Part shown: positions 45,290 to 57,300 of the stretch, in pieces
How the letters are laid out: each line of letters begins with the position of its first letter
Position numbering within the stretch: position 1 is the first letter of the stretch
Assembly (NCBI GenBank): GCA_002269645.1
Contig: NIVC01000293.1
Location: 434,001-498,000 of the forward strand
DNA from: Macrostomum lignano
Lineage: Eukaryota
Direction: 5' to 3'
Length of the DNA: 64,000 bases
Made by a program: the position numbers and the translations under genes
The notes under the pieces: generated by a model
Told to the model about the DNA's origin: nothing
The model's input: the letters and a program-made list of their open reading frames with translations, nothing else
The model's database searches: none

Positions 45290-46240
45290 GATCAACCTTT
45301 GAGAACTTCATTCTCTTGTTGTAGAGGTCCACACTCTCAATCCTTTGTGGCCAGTTATGACTTGAATGTCTGATCTAGTGATTTCATCTTTGATAAGATT
45401 TTTGACACTACTGGATCTGGTGTCTCAGCTAAGATAATGCTCTTAGATGTTGACAGATTACTATCAGACAGGGTTTTTTGATAGATGTCTTTAGCAGGTC
45501 CACATAGCAAACACCGTCATGCTCGTAAATTTTCACATCAGCCTTAGTCAACTCTCGCAGCCACTCCCTGCCGCGAAAACCAAAGCCATAAACAATCTTG
45601 AACAGAACTTCAAATTGCAGTAAATTTGGTGTCAAACAATCAAAATAGAGGCGTAGGTGGTTGAAGTCTTTGTCATCAATTGGACAGTACTTTGGACCGC
45701 TGTCTATAGCCTTTTTTTGTTAAAGCAATTTGACCAACCTAGCCTTGTACGTTTGATCAAACAATAAGAATGCATCGTTGCCAATCAGCTTCAGATTTCG
45801 CTTCTCTAATAAATACCGGTGCACAGACGCGCGAAAACATGTTAGTGTTAACTGTTAACACACTTACAGCATATGGCTTTCCATCAGCTGTTTTTAACTG
45901 AACAAAGAACAGGCGTAGATAGGAGTTGAGATACCTCACTGGCATATTCTCGATGTGATCAGGTAAATTCTCCGCACATAGAAACTATTTTAGTTTGCAA
46001 ATATGCAATTCAGTTTGCTTAACCGTCGACTTCCGTTTACTTTCTTGCTCCACATGATGTAGGCCAGCTTCTTCTTCTTTGGTCAATTCACGAAACAGGT
46101 TTCCAACGTGATCTTCCTGTATAGGATTGCGTAGTTCCTCATCAATTAGCCTCTCTTGCTCATCTATCAGCCCCTGTCCATTGACCAATTCTGTTGACAT
46201 GGTCCCAAGGATTGAGATGTGTGATGAAATCGAGCTCATA
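45290..46240 (-). pseudogene. Decayed Crypton-like tyrosine recombinase (DUF3504/KCTD1-QRICH1-type)
   Basis: Fragments across frameshifts and stops: LFRELTKEE..RKSTVKQT; LNSYLRLFFVQLKTADGKPY; IDDKDFNHL..LTPNLLQFEVLF..FGFRGREWLREL..DGVCYV; IQVITGHK..ESVDLY (catalytic Tyr codon at 45321-45323). Confidence 0.72.
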
Positions 46241-48058
46241 TGAGCTCAATCCACTAATTTCATCTTTGCGTATTGAATAATAATGTGCAGCATATTCAAC
46301 AAACAGTAAAGGAATAAAAACATGATGGATTTTTCTTTCTAACATGACTTCAACATGACTTAATATTACAGGTCTCAAGTGCTTAGGCCATAGACAAGTC
46401 AAGAAGAAGCGGGCGAGAAATGCTTACTTCAAATTACTTCAAATTATTTCAACACTTAAGAGATAGCTTACTTCAAATGGAATTTGACCATAGAATGGAT
46501 TCAGTGGGTATGAAATTGTATTTCTTGCCTGCTGCATTGGCAGGCTTAGATTGGCTACAATACTAATATAGTTAGGCTGTCTTGGGCAGAAATGAGCTAA
46601 TCAGCCTTGGCGCTTTGCGCCTTGTCTGTTTCGCTTATTTCTGCCCTCAACAGCCTAATTATATTAATATATTGTTCTAAGTGCTCTTCTTTCTAAAAAA
46701 TCTTTGTTCTGTACACTTGATTTATGAAATATACCATGTTAGGCCTAGCCCTAGCCTAAATATTTAAAAGCCAATACTTGGTGACCAAGTCTTAGTGACT
46801 TGCATGTTGCAGACCATTGTTGTCATTATTGTACTTCTAGGCAATGATCTAGGTCTAAGTCTAAAAAAATTAAATAGGGCATAATGTTATAAGGAATTTA
46901 TTTATAGGTCTAGCTAAAAACAATAAAAAGATTTATTTATATAACTAATATATAATATTTTGACTAGGGCTTAGACTAGACCTAATTAATCTAACTAGTT
47001 CACAAGATAGCCAAAGTAGGTATAAAAAAACCAATCAACTAAGCTTGAAAATTGTATAGATAAATCTATATACCCTATAAAAAGAGTTAATAAACTAGTC
47101 TATATAGGTCACATATAAACTACAAAGTCTTATTATCCAACTTATAAGTCTTTTGGAACTTTACAATAGCAATCTAGCTTGCTCAAAAGATATGTCTTTT
47201 CTTAACACGTTTCTCTAGCAATCTTTTTCTTTGCCTTTGTTTACCATGTCTTTTCTCTTTTATTTCTCTTTTTTGCCTTATCTTTTCTTTCCATTTTCTT
47301 TTTTTGTCTGTCCCTTTTGTTTTCTCTTTTCTACTTTCCTCATTTCTTTTCGTTATCTATTTGCTTTTCTTATTTTACCTTTGTGCTTTTTTTCTTTTTT
47401 CTTCACCTCGCTTTTTTATCTTCTTTTCTATTCTTTTTAACAATGTTTTTCTCTCTTTTGGCCTGCAAGAATGCACTAACACTATATATATATAGCCTTT
47501 AGGTAATATAATTGCTAACCTTGTTATATAGTAGATATAAGAATACACAAGAAATATTTTGAAAAAAGAAAAAGAATAAAAAGAAAGCTATATAAATGAT
47601 AAAAAAAAACATATCAAAAGAGAAAAAAACTTTAGCTATTTAATGCCAATTAGAAAAATGGTTTTAAGTTGCATATAGCCTTTTGTGGATGCTATCTAAC
47701 TCAGTTTTAAATTTTAGTTCTGGCATGGCATAAGAAGTCTAGTGCACGTATACTAGTATAGAAAATTTAAGGGCAGATGATTGTAGCACAACATAGGAGG
47801 TCTCTATTTATGTAACTATATACCATGTATTAAGCATATGTGTGAGTGCATGTCTGCATACTTGCATGTGCTCAAAATTCCACAAATATGATTAGCAGTA
47901 CCCATGAATCTACAAAGTATATAATATGTTGTTATAAGGATATTGATGTCAAACTATTACTATAATTTTTATATGGCATGGCAGATGACACTTAAAAATC
48001 TATCAAATGGCTTTTGTTTGATGTCAGCCACAATAGCTACCAAGTTACCGCTGCATCC

Positions 48059-50295
48059 ATGACTGCCAGCTGCATTGCCCTGCCATCATTCGCTGATGCC
48101 ACCTCAGCTGCTGCCGCCACCCCAGCTGCTGTGTCTTCCTCATCTTCTGCAGCAGCAGCAGCCGCAGCAGCAGCAGCTGCTCAATTCTCGCCATTGATTT
48201 TATTCGAATGCACTTTATCCAATGCCAGCCTGCTAGTGGAGTCAATGCCCGATCGCGACCTGCTGCACGCTTTAAGAATTGTAGCAGCACTGCACAGTCG
48301 CGTTGTTGACGTCATGGATCCGCGATATGATCGACTCTGCCGGCTTGGCGATGCTGCCTCAGCTGCTGCTGCTGCTGCCGCTGCCGCTGCATCAGCCGCA
48401 CCCAATACTGAGGAGTCGACATCAAACACCGATCAGCATCCAAATGTTGATGTAGATACAACTGAAGCCACCCGACAGCAGCAGCAGAATCAGAGGCGGA
48501 ATCGTAGGCGTCAGACTCAAGCTAGCCGATTAGCTGCTAAACTAAGGTCTACTACTGCTAGTAATACTGATAGGGCTCGAATTGGTACTAAGCAGTCCAG
48601 TACCATTACTACTACTACTAATAATAATAATAATAACAGCAGTAACAGCAACAATGGTGTCACCTCAGTGGAAGATTGCGATGGGGTAAGAGACCAATTC
48701 ATTCTTTTGATGAAGTACAATATGTATTTCTGTTCAAATTTAAGAAAGTAGAATTTTTTCTACCCAAAAAATTAGACATAGTACTAACTAGATGCCGAGG
48801 TATTTAGCCCCAATAATTACTCATAGTTACTCCCGCCGTTTACCCAAAATCACGTTAATTAGGTTTTTTTTCATATGTAAGTCGCATGGCTGGTGTAAAT
48901 CAGAGGGGTTGCGCATGTATGCCATGTTTTGATATCAACACCGTTTTTTTCGCATAAAGCCTTCAAAACCAATCCGAAATCCATTCAGTCACACGGCACG
49001 GCCTCGGCAACCGCTACGCCGCCACCCGAAGACCTCAGAGCTGGCCCGTCTGACGGTGCCGGCTCCGATTTACTGTTCAAATTCGGCAATATCAAAACTG
49101 AGAGTCAACGGCAGAGCCGGCGTAGGCAAGCCAGTGCAGCTGGACTGTCTATGGCCGCAACCGCCAGCAGCAGCAGCAGCAGCAGCTACCCGATCGAGTG
49201 TAAAACAATTTTTCGTCGGGCCTACAAAGCGCTGAAAGGTGGCGGCGCGCATTTGTTCGACTTTTCTAAACCGTAAGAAGAGTTGTTTATGTTTTGGCCA
49301 TAAGCTTAACTTTCTACTAATTCAAGTAGACTAAGTAGTGTTTTTAGTTATAAATGCGAAATGCATTTCTAATTCATAAAAGTGACTCAGTAATTCTTAA
49401 GCGACTCTAGCACGCCTCAGAGATACGATTCTTAGGCGAATGTTACCGAGTTGATGTCTCGTCTTTTAGAGTCGTTTCCGGTCACTTACTTTACCTGATC
49501 ATTGACGCTAGTCATCCATCTAATTGGCTATGTGATAGACTGAATTTGTTTAACAACTATTCTAAAATGATTTACAGGTTTGTGTCGCCGTTCAATCAAA
49601 AGGTGGCCAGTCAGGTGTTAAAAAAGGCCCAGGAGATGGCTATTGGCAAAGATTGGCCAGTCGATGTATGGAAAAGTGAGTTTGTTACTTTGTTGCTAAT
49701 GTACCTAAGATTTATCAGTTTGAAACTTTCATTAATAAATCCTATTTAAACTTGCTCCCCCTATTCAGAGATACCCAACCAGTACAAAATCAACGCAATG
49801 TTCTTCGATTTTCGCTGCAAAATTAAGCGCAAAAATCTATTAAGCGTAAGTGTGAATTTTTTCATAAAAATGTTTATATTTCTACTTATAAGTAGTTTAA
49901 ATTGAACTTTTTTATTTATATTTTTTAAGAAGCTCAGCCGACGCCAAAAAGGCCTAGAATTATTATCAGACCGTTTGCCAGCCGAATCGATGAACAAATT
50001 TCAAAGCGTACTGACTAGAGATTACATGTCTAGCGATGAGGAATGCTCGGCAACTAGTGCCGGCTTGAGCACAGTTCGAGTTCGTCGTTTAGCCTGGGAG
50101 TCGGACGAATTGCGCAGTTTAAAACGTCAGCTCGATGCCGAGTTTTACGCGTCTCAACAGTGCCTGATTGGGACTGCTGGACACCAGCTGGAGGCTTCAT
50201 CTTCTTCATCAACTATATCTCTAGCGCCTCCAGAGTCTTCTGTTGTTAGTCAACGACTGCCTCCAAGCGACGCTCCAGAATGGGCTGTTAAGTGA
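48059..50295 (+). CDS. Uncharacterised protein, C14orf93/DUF4616-like C-terminus; exons 48059-48685, 48989-49272, 49578-49675, 49769-49845, 49930-50295; ~483 aa
   Basis: Five exons join with GT-AG introns of matching phases (0, 2, 1, 0). N-terminus has poly-A/S/N tracts; C-terminus reads LTRDYMSSDEE..RRLAWESDELRSLKRQLD. Start codon is uncertain. Confidence 0.65.
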
Positions 50296-50619
50296 ATAAA
50301 TGAGGTCACTTACTACTATTAGTATGTCAAGTTGCGGTTGTACTATCAAATATCGGATTAAGGTTGCTAGCTACTTGTGCATAGCGAATTTATATTGATT
50401 TTTTATAGTCATATCAATGTCCATGTGTCTGTCAGTGTGTGAAATTAAATCAACTCTTGCTTCCACGATTGCGCTTAGTGTTCAGGGTACTGCTAATGTT
50501 TATATCAAGTATCACATGTATCTGTTTTGTTTGTGTTAGTTTGGTTGATTATTTTCTAAATTTAATAAAATTTTGTTACAGATAATTAGGGCGTTTTGAG
50601 TTGCTAAGACTTGTGAATC

Positions 50620-52060
50620 TGAGTATTGGGGATCAGGGAACTGAGTATTTGGGATTGTGAATGTGAGTATTTTAGGATCAGGGACCTGAGTATTTTAGGA
50701 TCAGGGACCTGAGTATTTTAGGATCAGGGACCTGAGTATTTTAGGATCAGGGACCTGAGTATTTTAGGATCAGGGACCTGAGTATTTTAGGATCAGGTAT
50801 CTGAGTATTTGGGATCAGGGATCTGAGTATTTTAGGATCAGGGACCTGAGTATTTGGGATTGTGAATCTGAGTATTTTAGGTTCAGGGATCTGAGTATTT
50901 TAGGATCAGGGACCTGAGTATTTTAGGATCAGGGATCTGAGTATTTTAGGATCAGGGACCTGAGTATTTGGGATTGTGAATCTGAGTATTTTAGGATCAG
51001 GGATCTGAGTATTTGGGATCAGGTATCTGAGTATTTGGGATCAGGGATCTGAGTATTTGGGATTGGGGATCTGAGTATTTGGGATCAGGGATCTGAGTAT
51101 TTGGGATCAGGGATCTGAGTATTTGGGATCAGGGACCTGAGTATTTTAGGATCAGGGACCTGAGTATTTTAGGATCAGGGATCTGAGTATTTTAGGATCA
51201 GGGACCTGAGTATTTTAGGATCAGGGATCTGAGTATTTTAGGATCAGGGACCTGAGTATTTAAGATTGTGAATCTGAGTATTTTAGGATCAGGGATCTGA
51301 GTATTTGGGATCAGGTATCTGAGTATTTGGGATCAGGGATCTGAGTATTTGGGATTGGGGATCTGAGTATTTGGGATCTGGGATCTGAGTATTTGGGATC
51401 AGGGATCTGAGTATTTGGGATCAGGGACCTGAGTATTTTAGGATCAGGGACCTGAGTATTTTAGGATCAGGGACCTGAGTATTTTAGGATCAGGGACCTG
51501 AGTATTTTAGGATCAGGGACCTGAGTATTTTAGGATCAGGGATCTGAGTATTTTAGGATCAGGGACCTGAGTATTTTAGGATCAGGGACCTGAGTATTTT
51601 AGGATCAGGGACCTGAGTATTTTAGGATCAGGGACCTGAGTATTTGGGATTGTGAATCTGAGTATTTTAGGATCAGGGATCTGAGTATTTGGGATCAGGT
51701 ATCTGAGTATTTGGGATCGGGGATCTGAGTATTTGGGATCAGGGATCTGAGTATTTGGGATCAGGGATCTGAGTATTTGGGATCAGGGATCTGAGTATTT
51801 GGGATTGGGGATCTGAGTATTTGGGATTAGGGTTCTGAGTATTTGGGATTAGGGATCTGAGTATTTGGGATTGGGGATCTGAGTATTTGGGATCAGGGAT
51901 CTGAGTATTTGGGATTAGGGATCTGAGTATTTGGGATTGGGGATCTGAGTATTTGGGATCAGGGATCTGAGTATTTGGGATTGGGGATCTGAGTATTTGG
52001 GATCAGGGATCTGAGTATTCAGCATCAAGGATCTGAATGTTTAGGATCATCACGAAATTG
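50620..52060. repeat. 22/23-bp minisatellite (CTGAGTATTTTAGGATCAGGGAC)n, ~62 copies
   Basis: Direct reading. Confidence 0.96.
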
Positions 52061-53384
52061 AATATTTAGAATTAAGGATCCGAGTATTTAAAAGATTTTA
52101 TTTCTTTTAAATTAATCTCACTTTCATTAACATACCTGCTAGTTTGGCCTAATTATTAAAAATGAATTTTTATTCTTTTAAACATGCAGGTCAACATTTT
52201 ATTAACACGCATACCTCTCCGTTTGACTTATTTTTTATCGTAGATGCTGTAAGCAAGCGTGCGGTTGTAGCTTATTAATGTTGTGTACTATTTTTTACAA
52301 GTATAATATTTGTAGTGTAGTAAAAACTATATTTTCAAATTTCTATAAAGAGATTAATGGTAATAATAGATTAATTATTCAAATGCCTGTCCGTTCCTGT
52401 GTTTTTATTCAATTTTTACTGTTTAAAACTAGTCATTTAGAGATTACACAGCTGTAGTTATTAATACTCATACTACCTCACTGGCCATAAGATAATTATC
52501 TCTTAGTTCTTGCTTATTCACCAAGCTTTGGGGGTCCAGCATTTTCAATCATTTTTTTCTGATATAATAAGCTCTGTTCATTGAAATAAGTTTTTTGGTT
52601 TTCCTTTATATATAATACTATTAGTAATACTTACATTTTTGAAACAAAAGTACACAGTCGAATACCTCAGCTCTTCCTACATCCTTTGCACTTTTTTGTC
52701 AGATTTTCAACTGGTGTTTTTATTATCCTACTAATAGTAATTAACATTAACTGCCTCAGTCAGTCAGTGAAATATTTGTTTGTTAACCTGCAGTCGAAAT
52801 TGAGTCAGTCTTTCATTTTTATTGCGTGTCTGTAGATTTTTTCTTAGCTTGAAAGTAATTAGCTTAGCTTAGTTGCATTGTCTCCCATATTTATATTTTC
52901 GTTCAGGTATTTTGGTGCAATATTATTGCTTATTATTATTATTAGTGTTCTCCGTGTGCTGCATAGCAACCCTTTAGATTATTAAAATACAAATATATCA
53001 TATTATAGATTGCCAGTTGCTATTGGCATTTGAATGAAGCAAATTTTCAGTCTATTGAATAGAATTGACTTCTTTCTTTATAATAATTTAAATTATTACG
53101 AAAATAGAATTGTCGATTGCTTTGTATTTATTCGGAGACTTTTTTAACGATTTGAAAATTTCATTTGATTAAGCATTTACCGGTATGTATAGATAGTTAA
53201 TAGAAAGAGTATAAAATTAATTTTAGCAAGATTCTTGCACTGCATGCACTGCACTGCAATGCCGATCAATGCACTTACTCGTAAATTCAAATGCTTATTG
53301 CACGTGGTAGCTGAAACAAATAAGTTTGAAATACAATTTGAAATAAGTGGCAAATAAAATAACATTGACAGGGTGATAGAATGC

Positions 53385-53960
53385 GTTCACGGGGGATAGA
53401 AACCCATTCACAGAGGATATATTCCCATTCACGGGGAAAGAATTCCATTCACAGGGGATAGAATTCCATTCACAGTGGATAGAACTTCATCCACAGAGGA
53501 TAGAATCCAATTCACGAGGGATAGAATCCCATTCACGGGAAGAATTTCATTCACAGGGGAAAGAATTCCATTCACAGGAGATAGAATTCCATTCACAGGA
53601 GATAGAATCCCATTTCACAGAGGATATGATCCCATTCACAGGTGATAGAACCCCATTCACGGGGATAGAATCCCATTCACAGAGGATATAATCCCATTCA
53701 CAGGGGATAGAATCCCATTCACAGAGGATATAATACCATTCGCAAGGGAAAGAATCCCATTCACAGGGGATAGAATCCTATTCACAGGAGATAGATCCCC
53801 ATTCACAGGGCCCGGGATAGAATCATATTCACACAGGATAGAACCCCATTTACAGGGAATAGAACCCCATTCACAGGGGATAGAATCCCATTCACACAGG
53901 ATAGAATCCTATTCACATGGGATATAATCCCATTCACATTTGATAGAATCCCATTCAGCG
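53385..53960. repeat. ~22-bp minisatellite (GATAGAATCCCATTCACAGGGG)n
   Basis: Direct reading. Confidence 0.93.
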
Positions 53961-54316
53961 CGTTACAACTTCCCACTCAACTTCAACAAGTAAGATCCTA
54001 TTAGAATCGCGCAGACTAAGTTATTCATTGCATACCAGCAATTCACATCAGTTTATAGGAAGTATCAGGTATAAAAATCATACAAATATTAAATTTTCAA
54101 ATTGAAATACGGAAAAACTGTTTGATTTGTAAACTTTTAGTACGAGTTCGCTTGCAAATATAACAAAAAATAATCGGAAATGCGTCAAACAAAATGTAGA
54201 AAAATTACAAAAGATACAAAAACTACTACTAGAAGTACCACTGTAAGAATTGAAGCAGAACTTGAAAGTTATAGTTAATATTATTGTTTCTAAATAGCAT
54301 ATTTTTATAGCAGACT

Positions 54317-57300
54317 TCATTCGTTCGGATTGAGTTTATAAGCCACCAAAGAGTCCACCTTGTGAATTGAGGTGGTAAACGATTTCAATTTCACTTCGAC
54401 AGAATTGGACACCAGCTGAGGTCCAGTATCGGCCCATTCGCCGCTGGGCAATTCCGTGTTCTTGTCGCAGTAAATTAGCAGTTCAAAACTGCCTGTAATT
54501 TTCAAAAAAAAATCCTTCAGCTTAACAAACTATTTAGTTAAACTCCGAGACAACAAAGCAAATTAAAAAAACGCCAAACTTACACTGGAAATCCAGAGCC
54601 GGCAGAAAGGTTACGCTGGCCACAATTTGGCGGATAACATCGGCGATATCCTTCTTCACTTGCTTCTCGTCTTTCTCTGCCACCATTCTGTTTGATGAAA
54701 AATTGGTTCAAACTACTTACAGTAGATGAGTAGAAATATCGGATTTTTGATTGAAAAAATCACACCGGCTTACTGAAAGTAGTATAAAAGACAACCTCAA
54801 TACTCACGGTTCATCGGACTTAGCAGATTTGTCGCATTTAATGTCGAACTGCCAGCGTTCGACCACTTCCTGGGTGGACACTCGACGAATAACAAGCACC
54901 AGCTTCTCAATCACCAGGTCGCTGAGCCATTCTGAGTGGTTTTTTACAATCAAATCTTTAGGTGTTTATTTCAGGCGTGAAGGACGGAAACATGTACAGT
55001 CATCTCTGGAGTTTTTAGGATCTGGGAGACTGGCCCAGCAACTGAGGAGCTGGGAGGCTGGCCCAGCAACTGAGGATCTGGGAGGCTGGCTTAGCAACTG
55101 GGGATCTGGGAGGCTGGCCCAGCAACTGAGGATCTGGGAGGCTGGCTTAGCAACTGAGGATCTGGGAGGCTGGCCCAGCAACTGAGGATCTGGGAGGCTG
55201 GCCCAGCAACTGAGGATCTGGGAGGCTGGCCCAGCAACTGAGGATCTGGGAGGCTGGCCCAGCAACTGAGGATCTGGCAGGCTGTCTGCCCAGCAACTGA
55301 GGATCTGGGAGGCTGGCCCAGCAACTGAGGATCTGGCAGGCTGTCTGCCCAGCAACTGAGGATCGGGGAGGCTGGCCCAGCAACTGACACTCTGGGAGGC
55401 TGGCCCAGCAGCTGAGGATCTGGGAGGCTGGCCCAGCAACTGAGGATCTGGGAGGCTGGCCCAGCAACTGAGGATCTGGGAGACTGGCCCAGCAGCTGAG
55501 GATCTGGGAGGCTGGCCCAGCAACTGAGGATCTGGCAGGCTGGCCCAGCAACTGAGGATCTGGGAGGCTGTCCTAGTAACTGAGGATCTGGGAGGCTAGA
55601 ACAGCAACAGAGGATCTGGGAGGCTGGCCCAGCAACTGAGGATCTGGGAGGCTGGCCCAGCAACTGAGGATCTGGCAGGCTGTCTGCCCAGCAACTGAGG
55701 ATCTGGGAGGCTGGCCCAGCAACTGAGGATCTGGCAGGCTGTCTGCCCAGCAACTGAGGATCGGGGAGGCTGGCCCAGCAACTGACACTCTGGGAGGCTG
55801 GCCCAGCAGCTGAGGATCTGGGAGGCTGGCCCAGCAACTGAGGATCGGGGAGGCTGGCCCAGCAACTGAGGATCTGGGAGGCGAGTGCCACAGCAACTGA
55901 GGATCTGGGAGGCTGGCCCAGCAACTGAGGATCTGGGAGGCTGGCCCAGCAACTGAGGATCTGGGAGGCTGGCCCAGCAACTGAGGATCTGGCAGGCTGG
56001 CCCAGCAACTGAGGATCTGGGAGGCTGTCCTAGCAACTGAGGATCTGGGGTGGGGTGCTCAACAACAAAACTTGGGGTGACAGTTGATCTATTCGATACA
56101 GCTAGAAGTAACTCACGCTTCACTTGTTCCAATATCTTGATCAAATAGGCCTTAAGCTTCTCATCCGATGTCACAAGAACGGTGAGGCCATACTTCTGCT
56201 CAAACGAAAAGGATTCGCTTGGATAAATGCCACGTTGGTAAAGGATGGAATTCACCGCATAATCTAAAATGATTTAAGAAAGTTTGGGCAAGGATGCAAT
56301 ATTTATTGACATTTTTGCATCAAATTCAAAAATCTTTAAAAGTTAAACATTATGAGCAAAAGAAATATGATTACTCTACACACAAGAATAGGCTATAGAC
56401 ATTGCTTCAATACCCATCCCACAGCAATGCTTGAAAGTTCATTTAGTCTGATTAGCAGATTCTTATTTTCAGCAGTTAAATACCAAGTTATAAGAAATTT
56501 CTCAAGGCTATGAAATGCTACACAGAAGTTGAATGAGAGTAAAAGCAGATGGAAGAAGCAAAAAGCAAAAAACAAGCAGCTCTAGCTTGAGTCCCAGCCT
56601 CTACAAATGAAATTTAGATGCAGAAAGATAATAAAAATTTATATTGTTTCTGTCAGTTTTGAATAGGATATGGAAAATTGGAGCAATGCTATGGACTTCT
56701 TTACCCTGTGGTAGGATCTCTGCCTTCTAAAGGCGATTTCTTAGATTCTGATCTGGATATCTCGTTCTTCTGAGAATGGTTTGAACTCTCCCAATCTTGG
56801 GTTATTCCTAAGTCACTGTAACTATCTACTACTCAAAATAAGTAACACGAGTGATTACAAGCCCAGAGCTGATCAGATTTTATCTGCAAAATAAGCAGGT
56901 AAGCACAATCAAAGCTTGAACCCAAAGGCAAGGAAGAAGTTTTTTTTGGTCAGGCCCCCAGATGGCCCCTATTTATAATAAAATTTCATTACAGTTTTAA
57001 ACAAATGATTGTATAGAAATATACAAAATATACAAAATATTTCTAGTAGTTTTCAAATTTTACAAATTTCTAAGAAATTTAAAAGTGTGTTTACTAAAAA
57101 CAAAGCCTATTACTTATTTAATAATCTTATTTCACTTTTCAGCCTATCTGCTAAACCAACAATGGTTGGCAGACCCAGGGCACTTACAACAATCATATTA
57201 GCAGCCAATCTAAGGCTACCCTAATGATCCCACAATGTATACTAATATACCATTGAGGGGCTATAAGCACATGTGGAGGACAAATTCTAGAGGATGTGTG

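Noticed and set aside
47230-47640. Phe-rich hydrophobic ORFs
   Set aside because: T-rich then A-rich low-complexity DNA with no coding signal.
54751-56050. ORFs through the 28-mer, including an apparent MAD2 C-terminal repeat extension (55596..56255)
   Set aside because: MAD2 exon 2 ends at a GTGAGT donor at 56117; the remainder is intron.
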